Positions 55,033 to 64,000 of a stretch of 64,000 nt of DNA are shown here, in pieces; positions within the stretch are counted from its first letter, which is position 1, and each line of letters starts with the position of its first letter. The translations under genes and the position numbers were made by a program. The notes beneath the pieces were generated by a model. That model was not told the DNA's origin and searched no databases. It was given only the letters and a program-made list of their open reading frames with translations. The stretch lies in the IMG/VR virus record IMGVR_UViG_3300021431_000077, positions 103,062 through 167,061 of that record. The stretch is one strand, 5' to 3'. The DNA comes from a virus. Taxonomy: Duplodnaviria; Heunggongvirae; Uroviricota; Caudoviricetes.

Positions 55033-55728
55033 TTAATCGGTCCAGTTATAAAAGTCCCGTTCCGCATTATGGTCATATCCGCAGTGCATGCAGCGGTAGT
55101 TTCCATCTTCGGTCTTTTTGAATTCTCCGAGCCCACACCATGGGCAATCAGTCGGTTCGTAGTATTCCTTACACGGATTCTTTGGTTTCCTAATGTCCTT
55201 GCTTTTTAAACGGTAGTCGGTCTCCTCCCTGACAACTCGGGTCCATACCCTGTTTTCTCCAAAATGCAAGTACAGTTCTTCCTTTGACATCCGTCTCGCC
55301 TGACACTTGAGCAAGGGATACAATTTCTTTTCCTCTTCCGTATATGTTTCGGTAAGCCACGGAGCTCCGTCTGTGTTGAGATACCTGTTTTCCTTGTCCT
55401 CGTAGGCGGCGAACACCTCATCAAATTTAAAGTATGGGCATTCCCCCTTTGCCAGTTTTTCCAACTGTTCTTTAAGCCAGTTGACTTCGGCCACGGATGC
55501 ACCCTTCGGGCATATATCGTCGATGATGTCGGCGGTATCTCGCCAAGTCTTCGGCGGCTCAAAATACGGGGGTGGATAACCTGATATTGTATCGACCCTG
55601 AGAAGTTCTTCGAGTTTGTCCTTGACGTTTTCATCGAGGTTGGAATCCCCGATGATATCAAGCGCTTCCTCAACATTGCTATAATACTCGTCCCAGTTGA
55701 TTGGGCAAATCGACATTTCACCTACCAT
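55033..55728 (-). CDS. hypothetical protein with C-terminal Zn ribbon
   Basis: CPWC...CMHC. Confidence 0.8.
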   Translation of the reverse strand: MVGEMSICPINWDEYYSNVEEALDIIGDSNLDENVKDKLEELLRVDTISGYPPPYFEPPKTWRDTADIIDDICPKGASVAEVNWLKEQLEKLAKGECPYFKFDEVFAAYEDKENRYLNTDGAPWLTETYTEEEKKLYPLLKCQARRMSKEELYLHFGENRVWTRVVREETDYRLKSKDIRKPKNPCKEYYEPTDCPWCGLGEFKKTEDGNYRCMHCGYDHNAERDFYNWTD

Positions 55729-55730
55729 AG

Positions 55731-55994
55731 TTAAACAATCTCCGATTTGATGTTTTTATCGTAGCACCATTTCCATTTGCTGCAGCTGTTCAGGTAGCGA
55801 GGCACCCTGTTGTGGTAGAAATGATATCCATCCTTGATAGTCTCTTCCGTGTTGTTAGTGTTTGGCATAAGTGTCGTATGGTCCGCTTCGAGGAAACCGC
55901 CGTTAGGGGGCGTGACATAAATCCAAACATTCCTGTCAGGAAGAGCATCAGCAAATGTCCTCCAAGTGATATTAATTGTTTCAAACTTTATCAT
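55731..55994 (-). CDS. hypothetical protein
   Basis: Likely start MIKFETI. Confidence 0.7.
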   Translation of the reverse strand: MIKFETINITWRTFADALPDRNVWIYVTPPNGGFLEADHTTLMPNTNNTEETIKDGYHFYHNRVPRYLNSCSKWKWCYDKNIKSEIV

Positions 55995-56700
55995 TTTCAA
56001 CCTTGTCTTTGTCACCGAACGCCCGTTTTGCTGTATCAAACAGATTCTTTAGCCCATTGCGGTTGTTGTCGATAATTTCCTTGCGTTCTTTCAACCATTC
56101 AAGAGCATCGTCAGGTTCGACAATATAAAGCATTTGAATCTGAGTACCATCAGCGGACATAGGGATTTTGCCAGAGTTAACCTGCTGCTCGACAAGATTA
56201 GCTACGGTAGAAATTCCATTGCTTTCATTAGGCCATACGCCAAAGCCATATTGTTTGGGCTTCTCGTCTGAAACCAGATTCAAATCTATGTAATCGCCTG
56301 TCGCCATTACAGCAGTGTTATAGAACCCACCAAGTTTGACATCGTTCACTAATACTAATCCACGAACAAACTTGTTGTCTCCTGTGACAAATTTGCCACG
56401 CAGCATTTTATACACAACGTCGCAGACATGTTGAACCTTGCTCTCGTAGTTCTTACCAGCTTCGGCTTCTTGCTTACTGAACTCTTCGCATTTCTCGTCA
56501 ATATGCGTCTTTGCATTAGCGAATGATTCTTCATTGCCAGGAAATTTCTTTTCCAAGTCATAGATTGAATACTTGAGATTGCGATACATCTTGGCTTCAT
56601 CGGACTGAACCATTTTCTTTGCAGTCTGGTTGACATCAATGAGTGCGTCGATAAGTTCTTTCGTGTAGCAGAAAGGGGTGCATTTTATGTTATTTAGCAT
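55981..56700 (-). CDS. hypothetical protein
   Basis: Likely start MLNNIKC (GAGGA RBS). Confidence 0.75.
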   Translation of the reverse strand: MLNNIKCTPFCYTKELIDALIDVNQTAKKMVQSDEAKMYRNLKYSIYDLEKKFPGNEESFANAKTHIDEKCEEFSKQEAEAGKNYESKVQHVCDVVYKMLRGKFVTGDNKFVRGLVLVNDVKLGGFYNTAVMATGDYIDLNLVSDEKPKQYGFGVWPNESNGISTVANLVEQQVNSGKIPMSADGTQIQMLYIVEPDDALEWLKERKEIIDNNRNGLKNLFDTAKRAFGDKDKVENDKV

Positions 56701-56702
56701 AG

Positions 56703-57101
56703 TTATCCTCTGTATGTTGCGGGCAATGTGCCGTTTCTTTTTGCCCATTCAATCTTTTCCTTGCATCCGTATTCGCAGTGGCAACGGCAGTCATCACATG
56801 GGCAATCAGAAAGAGCTTCAAAGCGGTACTTCTGCTTGATGTTCGGATATTTCTTGTGGTCAACCTCGCTCAGGAACATCGAGAGAGGGCGGGCACAGAA
56901 AGTAGGCTTTCCGTAAAGAGCCTTGTACACAACAAGAAGTTCCTTTGTCTCAGTATGCTCGGCGAGCCCGATAATCTGATACAGGTACATGTTCGGACTC
57001 TTTTCGAGTTCATTCTTGGTTAGTGTTTCACGCTTGAAGTGCTTGACTATAGCACCTGCAATGAATCCACGCTTCGATGCAACACTTAAATCATAAATCA
57101 T
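56703..57101 (-). CDS. DUF1653 family protein
   Basis: KHFK...[24 protein letters not shown]...[22 protein letters not shown]. Confidence 0.92.
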   Translation of the reverse strand: MIYDLSVASKRGFIAGAIVKHFKRETLTKNELEKSPNMYLYQIIGLAEHTETKELLVVYKALYGKPTFCARPLSMFLSEVDHKKYPNIKQKYRFEALSDCPCDDCRCHCEYGCKEKIEWAKRNGTLPATYRG

Positions 57102-57498
57102 TTTTCGCCTCAGTATCGTTGTCCTTGGGGGTTCTTCTAGGTTTGATTAACAGGATGAGATGGTTTGGTTCAAACGGGTCTTTGTCCGTATAAAGAGCGT
57201 ATCGCCTGTACTTGGACGGAGAAGTGTTCAGGTGAAGTTCCTGCATTGTCGGCTCACCGTTCTCGTCTACGATATTGTACACTGAAGAAATCGCACCAGC
57301 CTGTCCCTTACATGCTTCACGCCTGCTTCCAAGGTCGATATGCAGGCCAGTCTGTTCGTAGAGGTATCTGGCGAACTCGACATCGGTCAACTTTATCCTT
57401 CGATAACCGTACTCGCCTGTATAGTTTGAAACCATGTAATCAAGGCAATGCTTCTCATAACCAGGCATTCCAAGCTTTAATGTTACGACTATGGACAT
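57091..57498 (-). CDS. hypothetical protein
   Basis: Likely start MSIVVTL. Confidence 0.7.
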   Translation of the reverse strand: MSIVVTLKLGMPGYEKHCLDYMVSNYTGEYGYRRIKLTDVEFARYLYEQTGLHIDLGSRREACKGQAGAISSVYNIVDENGEPTMQELHLNTSPSKYRRYALYTDKDPFEPNHLILLIKPRRTPKDNDTEAKNDL

Positions 57499-57508
57499 AC
57501 TTCCTCGT

Positions 57509-58417
57509 TTAAATCTCGATGATGAAGTCTTCGTGGTTCGTCGGTTTGGAACCACGTGTTTCTTTGCCGTCTTTGATAATCATGGTGTCGGCATAGGCCC
57601 TATGCTCGCCAGGATATCCGTTCGGGTTGCAAAGAATCGTTATCGTCTTTCCGTTCGGATTGACATAGGTGCAAATCTTCCTGTCGTGAACATGGCCGCA
57701 AACCCAGATGGCATCGTGGTCGAACATGTCGAGGAACTTCTTTCCCTCGAAGTAGAAGTAGGTATTCAGTGGGCTGAGCCTGTATTCGAAATTGATGCCG
57801 ACCTCGATTGGAGCGAAGTGGGTCATCATGATTTTAGGCTGCTTCGCTACGAGTTCGGTCATCATCTTGTCGTAGTGTTCCCAGATTTTATCGGGATTCT
57901 GCTTGAAGTATCTCCAATGCTCGCCGTCGAACCATTCACGCTTCCAAATGACCTTCTTGCTGTGTCCGTAAGCATACGGTTCGACATTGAAGTCGCACAT
58001 GCCCATGCAGCCTGCTACGTTGTCCATCATCCTTCCTTCGAGTAGATGGACATTTCCCAACGTGTTGCAGAACTTCTGTATTGCGGCAATCTTTTCTTCC
58101 GACGTTTTGAACTGTAGGTTAGACTTTGACGGAGTACCGCCACGAACGAGGATGTCGTGGTTTCCGAAGCACATATAGACTTCCTTGTACTTGTTGGAAA
58201 GCCACTTCACCGCCCTTGTGTAGGTAAGCCAGTCATTGGCAACATCGCCTGCGACAACGATTGCGTCAGTCTCGGGATAATCGCAAGAATGCCAGAGGTA
58301 TTCCATCGTATTGAAAACGACATCTTCCTTCACTTCGTCGCCACGAAGTTTTGAAGGCTTGTTCGCATACGAGAACCAAGTGTCTGGATGAAGGTCGGAT
58401 AGGATAAACGCTTGCAT
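57509..58417 (-). CDS. calcineurin-like metallophosphoesterase
   Basis: SDLH, AGD, GNHD, THF and CGHVH motifs. Confidence 0.92.
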   Translation of the reverse strand: MQAFILSDLHPDTWFSYANKPSKLRGDEVKEDVVFNTMEYLWHSCDYPETDAIVVAGDVANDWLTYTRAVKWLSNKYKEVYMCFGNHDILVRGGTPSKSNLQFKTSEEKIAAIQKFCNTLGNVHLLEGRMMDNVAGCMGMCDFNVEPYAYGHSKKVIWKREWFDGEHWRYFKQNPDKIWEHYDKMMTELVAKQPKIMMTHFAPIEVGINFEYRLSPLNTYFYFEGKKFLDMFDHDAIWVCGHVHDRKICTYVNPNGKTITILCNPNGYPGEHRAYADTMIIKDGKETRGSKPTNHEDFIIEI

Positions 58418-58420
58418 AGA

Positions 58421-58708
58421 TTATTTTCCTTTGAGACGGTCTTTCCAGTAGTCACGGGGATTGATTGCCAACTCGCTGTCGGCAACCACGGACAATTCCT
58501 GCTTGCATGTAGGGCATTCCGTCTTGACAACGTATGTATGGCGGTTCCAGAGGCTGGAATCACCCTTTACGGATTCATAAAAGCGGATGTGACGCATGTC
58601 CTGAATGAATGCACAGTGGCAATTCCCGCAACGGAAAGTGATGCCACGACGCTTGCCGAACACGTCTTCGATTTCTTCTGTGGATTTGAGTTCTTTGTAG
58701 TTTTCCAT
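58421..58708 (-). CDS. Zn-ribbon protein
   Basis: CGNC...CPTC; promoter at about 58716-58744. Confidence 0.75.
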   Translation of the reverse strand: MENYKELKSTEEIEDVFGKRRGITFRCGNCHCAFIQDMRHIRFYESVKGDSSLWNRHTYVVKTECPTCKQELSVVADSELAINPRDYWKDRLKGK

Positions 58709-58783
58709 AGACTAAAATATAGTCTATTTAATGCGGTTTGTCAAGAGCATTCTCTTCATTTTCGCATTTATAAGGACGCAATC

Positions 58784-59002
58784 CTACTCATGCAAACATT
58801 TACTTTTACATTCGGGACAAGAAAACGAGAACTCACCTGTAAGTTCCGTTTCACAGAATTTCTGTGACACAACAAACTCACAGCCGCATTTACACTTGAA
58901 CGCCAACTTATTGCCTGATTTCAGCACGGTGACATCACTTTTTTGCCCATAGTCCCTCATAAAGGGGTTTGGAACACCTTTTTTATCCCGTTTGAAAATC
59001 AT
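58784..59002 (-). CDS. Zn-ribbon protein
   Basis: CKCGC...CPEC. Confidence 0.7.
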   Translation of the reverse strand: MIFKRDKKGVPNPFMRDYGQKSDVTVLKSGNKLAFKCKCGCEFVVSQKFCETELTGEFSFSCPECKSKCLHE

Positions 59003-59163
59003 TTTTCATCCTCTTGGTTCAGAACATTTTTCAACGTGTCGGCAAGATTGGTGGCGGCAAGCGCTTCGATAGAGGGAGTTTCCTTCTCCTCTTTCATGTG
59101 CTTTTCCAACCCAGCCTTGTCGTGGCCGAAATCGGCCTTGCAGAATGGACAGCGGAAACCCAT
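58999..59163 (-). CDS. 54-aa Zn-finger-like protein (not in ORF track)
   Basis: MGFRCPFCKADFGHDKAGLEKH...; GAGGA RBS, ATGA overlap. Confidence 0.65.
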   Translation of the reverse strand: MGFRCPFCKADFGHDKAGLEKHMKEEKETPSIEALAATNLADTLKNVLNQEDEK

Positions 59164-59166
59164 AAT

Positions 59167-59430
59167 TTAATCCTCTTCGTAGTAGACAGGTTCTAACCCT
59201 TGGTCATAAGCCATGCTGTTGACAGCAGACTTGAACTGTCTTCTTGAAAATTTTAACAACGCCTTTTCAATCGCAAGCCGTTCTTCAAGGTCTGCGATAT
59301 TTACCAAGTGTTCGCACATCCTCTGATTGTATGCGCCTATTGACTTGGGGCGCATTTCGTCAAAGAACCGTTCCTCGGCTTCAAGGGCATTGTATATCTG
59401 GTTTTCAAACCGATTCATCAAAATTCCCAT
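59167..59430 (-). CDS. hypothetical protein
   Basis: ORF in run. Confidence 0.7.
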   Translation of the reverse strand: MGILMNRFENQIYNALEAEERFFDEMRPKSIGAYNQRMCEHLVNIADLEERLAIEKALLKFSRRQFKSAVNSMAYDQGLEPVYYEED

Positions 59431-59735
59431 TTAGACCGACAATACACATGGTATGGCTTCAATGTCATCGAAGCTTCATGGCTTTTATGGAATGTAGACT
59501 TGCCACCTTGGGTAAGATACATGTTCTGACAATGCCATGTGACAACCTTTGCTGTCCAGCCAGTATTGTAATAGCAGGCGCCATCCTTGGTCATCAGGTC
59601 AGATGCCTTTCGATGGAAGTGCATCAGGGTATCTTTCGTTGCAGGATTCCAGATAACCAATTCCTTGCAGTGGTCATCCTTGGCATACGCACTGCACAGG
59701 GAAATAACTAGAATAAATGCTATAATCAGACGCAT
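59418..59735 (-). CDS. secreted hypothetical protein
   Basis: Signal peptide MRLIIAFILVISLCSAYA. Confidence 0.75.
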   Translation of the reverse strand: MRLIIAFILVISLCSAYAKDDHCKELVIWNPATKDTLMHFHRKASDLMTKDGACYYNTGWTAKVVTWHCQNMYLTQGGKSTFHKSHEASMTLKPYHVYCRSKWEF

Positions 59736-59738
59736 GGG

Positions 59739-60221
59739 TTAACCCTCTTTATCTCTTTGCTTATTATTTGTTCTCCACTTAATCTCGCCATAGCGGAGCA
59801 TATCAGCCTTGTCCATCAGCCGTTCGGCAATTTTAGAAACATCTATTGCAAAGACATCGTCGGTGACTTGGTCAATCAACTCCCAGATATCGTCCGAATG
59901 TGCATAGAACTTCGAGTTTACAAGGTTAGTGATTTCCTTGATGACATCGGCCTTGTGACGGTCAACATAGGTGTACTTCTTCAACAGATGACGGAAACGC
60001 CACTTGAATCTGGTAGATGTAGAACACTGGTCCGCAGTGTACACATCGGCCACCGTCTTCATGTGTTCATCAACATACAGCTTGGCGACAAGCCTCTGAT
60101 TGAAGTAGCACTTGATGTGGAATTCCATTTCATTGGCCATAGCACTCTTGAATTCACAAGCATCGTTAAAGAGCTTGTTGCAATAACGCTTAAAGTATGT
60201 CTGAGTAATCATCGTTGCCAC
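59739..60221 (-). CDS. hypothetical protein
   Basis: ORF in run (GTG start). Confidence 0.7.
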   Translation of the reverse strand: MATMITQTYFKRYCNKLFNDACEFKSAMANEMEFHIKCYFNQRLVAKLYVDEHMKTVADVYTADQCSTSTRFKWRFRHLLKKYTYVDRHKADVIKEITNLVNSKFYAHSDDIWELIDQVTDDVFAIDVSKIAERLMDKADMLRYGEIKWRTNNKQRDKEG

Positions 60222-61070
60222 CTATGCATTTACAACTTCGGGAGGAATAATCGGCTGCACACTGCATATTTGCATGCCAGCAGTTGACCACAGGTTTACT
60301 TCACAGTCGGCAAGGACGCAGTCACACGGGGCTACCACAGATTCGAGACTGTATGTGCTTGTCTGGTTGAGAATATCGAACACGACTTCACCTTTCTTAA
60401 TGGTATCTCCAGGTGCGAACCTGTGCTTGACGAGTCCTTGGTAGTGGGCATGAAGGTTAATCATGTTGTACTGGGCAGGGAGCGTTCCACCAGCCGATGA
60501 CAGGAAGTCTGACCTAGGCGTACCATCAAGTGCCTGCAAAAGTTTCAAAACGAATTCAGTTTGCTTTTCAATGACATCTTTGAAGCCTGGGGCAAACGCC
60601 ATTCCACCAAGTTCCACAGTAAACCCGATGTTGCCGCTGTACACGGCATAGCGTTTGATGGTGTCCGTTTCCGATTCGCAGAGCATGTAATGCAGGCCGT
60701 TCTTGATTGCAAACCTGATGTATGATGCAGCGAACTTGTTGTTAGATACAAGTATTGCATTATCACATGCAGGGGAGTTATGCACATCCACTACGGCATG
60801 TGCCCAAGAATTGATTCTAAGCTTGATAGTTCGTACCATGTCATCCATTGAGTATTCAGAATGGATACCAAACGCCCTATTGAAGTCACGAGTGGGTTCC
60901 TTGGGGTTCGGCATCTCACGGACATTCTCGTTTAAGCCAGGGATGTTTAGTATCTGGTACTCGACTTCCGATTGGTGGTTAGTATTCTTAAACTTGTGCA
61001 ATGCATGCGAAGTGGCATAGACGGCAGCCTGTTCGTTGCCGTGGGTTCCTGAAATAAGGAAGATGTTCAT
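60222..61070 (-). CDS. succinylglutamate desuccinylase/aspartoacylase (M14-like) family protein
   Basis: SGTHGNE, DFNRAF, VDVHN, FTVELG motifs; C-terminal biotinyl/lipoyl-like PGD.IKKGE. Confidence 0.85.
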   Translation of the reverse strand: MNIFLISGTHGNEQAAVYATSHALHKFKNTNHQSEVEYQILNIPGLNENVREMPNPKEPTRDFNRAFGIHSEYSMDDMVRTIKLRINSWAHAVVDVHNSPACDNAILVSNNKFAASYIRFAIKNGLHYMLCESETDTIKRYAVYSGNIGFTVELGGMAFAPGFKDVIEKQTEFVLKLLQALDGTPRSDFLSSAGGTLPAQYNMINLHAHYQGLVKHRFAPGDTIKKGEVVFDILNQTSTYSLESVVAPCDCVLADCEVNLWSTAGMQICSVQPIIPPEVVNA

Positions 61071-61071
61071 T

Positions 61072-61500
61072 TTAACCTGCCTTTACGATTTTGGTTATCT
61101 TTTCGATAATATAAGCGTGGTCGTCACTGAGTTTGAACGTGTCTAGGATATCCTGCTTCACCGTCAATTCACCGACAAAGAGGCGATACAGTTCATAGGC
61201 GACACGGTAACGGCTCTTCTGTTTAAGAACGCCCCTTTTGTCCTTTTTAATAGCGTCCTTCATGACACGCTTCAACTCACGGGCAAGCTGCTTCTTGTCG
61301 CTGCCTTGCATCAGGCGGGCAGCCATTTCGTACTGATTACAAGAAACTAGCTTTCCGAAATCGCCAATAATCCTGTACTTCGGTCTCGAAACTATCTTGC
61401 TAAGAACTGCAAAGATTGCTGCGAGAAGGAAGAGTACGCAGAAGATGATGAACATGGTATCGTCATAAGGGCCGTTTGCTACGACAACATATTGAGTCAT
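61072..61500 (-). CDS. membrane-anchored hypothetical protein
   Basis: N-terminal TM helix. Confidence 0.75.
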   Translation of the reverse strand: MTQYVVVANGPYDDTMFIIFCVLFLLAAIFAVLSKIVSRPKYRIIGDFGKLVSCNQYEMAARLMQGSDKKQLARELKRVMKDAIKKDKRGVLKQKSRYRVAYELYRLFVGELTVKQDILDTFKLSDDHAYIIEKITKIVKAG

Positions 61501-61521
61501 TTTGGATTCTCCTTAAATGAA

Positions 61522-61992
61522 TTAGTCTAACGGAAGGCTGTCAACCTTGAATTCCTTGCATGTCTTGTTAAACGCAGTATTGAGCAGCCATGCAGTCATC
61601 TGTCGTACGCCGTGGGCACGAAGCCTCAACGGAATGCGCCCAGATATGATGTATTTTTCAAGCAGATGCATCATGTTTTTGAGAATGTCGATTTTGAACT
61701 CGGGCTTATAGTGAACCCATCTTGGGGAATTCATTGCGACGAGCCACAGCTTGACTGTCGCCCTACGAAGAATGCCACGCACATCGCTAGGCTTCCTTCT
61801 AACAAGCACACGGTCAATCATCTTGAGATAGTGATTGTAGGCACTATCAGGGTCGTGGCATACCCATTTTTCACGCTCGGTTCCATCCAGTGCAATGTAC
61901 TTTCTGAGGAAAATACTCTTGTTGGGCCACTTCTGGTAGTGGATTCCGTGCATTTTAAGGTCACGGTAGTAGAATTTTAGAACCCTATTCAT
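61522..61992 (-). CDS. hypothetical protein
   Basis: ORF in run. Confidence 0.75.
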   Translation of the reverse strand: MNRVLKFYYRDLKMHGIHYQKWPNKSIFLRKYIALDGTEREKWVCHDPDSAYNHYLKMIDRVLVRRKPSDVRGILRRATVKLWLVAMNSPRWVHYKPEFKIDILKNMMHLLEKYIISGRIPLRLRAHGVRQMTAWLLNTAFNKTCKEFKVDSLPLD

Positions 61993-62385
61993 TTAGACAT
62001 CCTTGTTTTTCAATGAATTGAACATCTTCGTCATATCGACTCCCCTTGCAAGATTAATCACTGCACTCTTGTAGGGACAATCCTTGATAAGGTCATGGGA
62101 AACCAGCAGGTTGATACACTTTTCCAGCTTTTCTTTGGCGGCAACGGCAGCATGTCGAGAATCACGAAGTTCCTTTCTCTTCGTTCTGTAAAAGTCACTC
62201 ATCGATGACCATTTTTTACGTTCTTCAAGAACCTGATTGGACAAGTCCTCGATGATTTTTTCTACGAGGTCGGCAGGGTAGAAATCGACATACTTATGGC
62301 TATATCCACCATGTTCGTCCATGTAAAACGTACGCTTGCTGCCTTTAAGCCTGTTCATCGCTAGTGTCTTTACTGGCATATTCAA
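61993..62385 (-). CDS. hypothetical protein
   Basis: ORF in run. Confidence 0.75.
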   Translation of the reverse strand: MNMPVKTLAMNRLKGSKRTFYMDEHGGYSHKYVDFYPADLVEKIIEDLSNQVLEERKKWSSMSDFYRTKRKELRDSRHAAVAAKEKLEKCINLLVSHDLIKDCPYKSAVINLARGVDMTKMFNSLKNKDV

Positions 62386-62391
62386 CCATCC

Positions 62392-62598
62392 TTATACGAC
62401 CGTTACGGGAATGATGTTCTCTTCACCGCAGTGGGAGCACCAGAGGTGTCCACCCTCGCGGTCATATGTTTTCGCTGTAAAGCGGCCCTTGTTATACTTT
62501 CCGCACTTTCCGCAAATGTATTCAAACTTCGGTGAAATGCCGATTAACATGGTAGGGCTCCAATTCCATGCGCTAAACTTAGTGCATTTTACACTCAT
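62392..62598 (-). CDS. Zn-ribbon protein
   Basis: CGKC...CSHC. Confidence 0.7.
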   Translation of the reverse strand: MSVKCTKFSAWNWSPTMLIGISPKFEYICGKCGKYNKGRFTAKTYDREGGHLWCSHCGEENIIPVTVV

Positions 62599-62888
62599 GA
62601 CTGCGACTCCTGTTTAGGGGTTTCGTTTTTCAGCCAGAGCCAGAATTGGTTGGCTGCCCAACCTTCGACACATTCTGGCTTTATTTCGGTGACAATGAAC
62701 CCTTCGAAAGTACCTGGTTCATACAGGTCATGGAAAATCTCTTCGACAGATTTCTCGCTCTTGACAAACCAGACGGTTTCGATTGGATGATGCCAGTCGT
62801 ATTCCTTCTTGATTTTGCGGAGGAATCGAAGCCACTTCTCGATGTCGGTCTCTGTCTTGATTCCGTATGATACTGAAAATATACGCAT
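62595..62888 (-). CDS. small ferredoxin-like (Cas2/'SinR-family'-like) protein
   Basis: IFSVSY...IKKEYDWHHPIETVWFVKSEKSVEEIFHDL...GW...FWLWL; below promoter at about 62895-62923. Confidence 0.65.
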   Translation of the reverse strand: MRIFSVSYGIKTETDIEKWLRFLRKIKKEYDWHHPIETVWFVKSEKSVEEIFHDLYEPGTFEGFIVTEIKPECVEGWAANQFWLWLKNETPKQESQS

Positions 62889-62923
62889 GTCAAAAATATA
62901 GCAATTAAATTGTTAATTGTCAA

Positions 62924-63076
62924 TTACGGACACCACCACGGGGTAGCGCAACCTTCCTTTTCCTCGGGAGGAGTCCAGTACGGGTTTTCCTCGCCAGAGC
63001 CTGCGAGCAACGGAGCTTCGTTCTCGTAGGAGATGGTCTGCATTTCGGGTTTAGTGTATTCTTTCTTCTTTTTCAT
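62924..63076 (-). CDS. 50-aa RiPP-precursor-like peptide (not in ORF track)
   Basis: MKKKKEYTKPEMQTISYENEAPLLAGSGEENPYWTPPEEKEGCATPWWCP; ATGA overlap with the upstream ORF. Confidence 0.75.
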   Translation of the reverse strand: MKKKKEYTKPEMQTISYENEAPLLAGSGEENPYWTPPEEKEGCATPWWCP

Positions 63077-63312
63077 TGGTTAACTCCATTTGGTTTGTAA
63101 TCCCATTCCACGACCTTATCTTCTTCATAGATATGGCCGAAAGCGTTTTCAAATCCCTTTGGGAAACGCATCTTGGTGATGTGGACATCCTTGATGCGAC
63201 CGCTCGGGTAATACTCGTTTACTGCCCAGCATTCTTCGCCACTGCGTTCAATCCAGTGGGTTGCAATGTCATGTTCATCGACTTCAAGTTCTTCGAAAGT
63301 GTGCTTTGCCAT
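63073..63312 (-). CDS. hypothetical protein
   Basis: AAGGA RBS. Confidence 0.75.
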   Translation of the reverse strand: MAKHTFEELEVDEHDIATHWIERSGEECWAVNEYYPSGRIKDVHITKMRFPKGFENAFGHIYEEDKVVEWDYKPNGVNQ

Positions 63313-63358
63313 TTTTAATCCTTTTTGTCACAAAATGTGTATAGTTTTTGTGACAAAA

Positions 63359-63610
63359 TCATTTGATTCCTTTGAACATTTTGTCGTTTTCCAGCTTCAT
63401 GCGGCGTTCATTCTCTCCCTTGGCCTTCATGGCTGCACCCACACTCAGGAGAAGCACACACAGGATGAGCAAGATTTCGGTTGACGAAGCAACATACCCG
63501 AAGATTTCGACAAGATATTTGACCAGCAATCCAACGAGGTCAAGAGCGACGGCACAGCATACTGCAATGCCAAGCCCACCGAAGAAATACTTTAAGAACA
63601 GCTTAATCAT
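63359..63610 (-). CDS. two-TM membrane protein
   Basis: Two hydrophobic helices. Confidence 0.75.
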   Translation of the reverse strand: MIKLFLKYFFGGLGIAVCCAVALDLVGLLVKYLVEIFGYVASSTEILLILCVLLLSVGAAMKAKGENERRMKLENDKMFKGIK

Positions 63611-63918
63611 CCGATTACCTCGAATACCATCTTCTTGAAGGTTTCCCAGTTTGCATCAAGCTGGTCGTAGATGTCGATTTTACGTTCGGTTTTCGTATCG
63701 GGCCAACCCGTCACGATTACCTCGTATTCGCACTTAGCCCAGAAATAATACTGGCACTTGCGGCGAAGCTCCATTTCAATCAGTTCTTCTGGAGTATACT
63801 TCATGCGGTTCTTATTTTCGTCCCAGACCATCTTGCTGACAAGTTTAAGGTACTTGGCATCATCCTTGCCGTAGGCGCCATCAAGGTTCTTTTTGAGCTT
63901 TTTAAGCTCTTTCAACAA
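63607..63918 (-). CDS. conserved phage hypothetical protein
   Basis: YYFWAKCEYEVIV..WP...ERKIDIYDQL motif. Confidence 0.75.
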   Translation of the reverse strand: MLKELKKLKKNLDGAYGKDDAKYLKLVSKMVWDENKNRMKYTPEELIEMELRRKCQYYFWAKCEYEVIVTGWPDTKTERKIDIYDQLDANWETFKKMVFEVIG

Positions 63919-64000
63919 TGCTTCAACTTGTCCGAATTCAAAGATGTTTTCGAACGTGATTCCATGGCCAAACTGGTTGTAGATGACCTTAAATACAGGT

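Larger units (their letters stand above)
1..64000. mobile_element. Segment of a large bacteriophage genome (early/accessory region)
   Basis: Very high density of short hypothetical ORFs in long co-oriented runs, dozens of sigma70-like promoters, phage/MGE-typical families (GP88-like, DUF932, DUF2958, HTH_39, SSB); no housekeeping operons. No hallmark structural genes in the window, so a plasmid/ICE-like element is not formally excluded. Confidence 0.8.

Noticed and set aside
1-64000. tRNA, rRNA, IS elements, integrase, alternative genetic code
   Set aside because: I saw no T-loop/cloverleaf, rRNA, transposase or recombinase signature. ORFs tile the sequence well under code 11, so stop-codon recoding is not needed.

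Overview
This 64-kb window looks like the early or accessory region of a large lytic bacteriophage. It holds about 125 short, densely packed ORFs, mostly of unknown function, with many strong sigma70-type promoters (TTGACA-N17-TATATT). I saw no capsid, terminase, polymerase, integrase, rRNA or tRNA genes. The host may be Fibrobacter-like; this is an inference from my recollection of the SSB, SpoVG and small-peptide types and needs BLAST. There are three blocks: (1) 1-7.1 kb, a plus-strand run of hypothetical genes; (2) 8.5-45.2 kb, a 37-kb minus-strand cassette array; (3) 45.7-64 kb, ordinary minus-strand operons (SSB, DUF1653, metallophosphoesterase, AstE/AspA deacylase, GatB/YqeY fusion). 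The most interesting feature is block 2. An 18-bp site, GGGTGATAACCCAAGTTG, occurs 38 times in the same orientation and, by my reading, nowhere outside the block. It nearly always sits between the intrinsic terminator of one 1-3-gene unit and the operator/promoter of the next, so the region reads as insulated gene cassettes joined by a conserved DNA site. The junction spacers are mosaic and shared between non-adjacent units. Unit size and site sequence change in a gradient along the array. The site's orientation flips at both ends, in a quasi-palindrome near 8.3 kb and in tandem half-sites near 45.3 kb. The cargo includes leading-region-type families (DUF932, DUF2958, DUF4314, DUF1281), two SpoVG paralogs and a three-copy family of 25-27-aa basic micro-peptides missed by the ORF track. 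All counts and alignments were done by eye.
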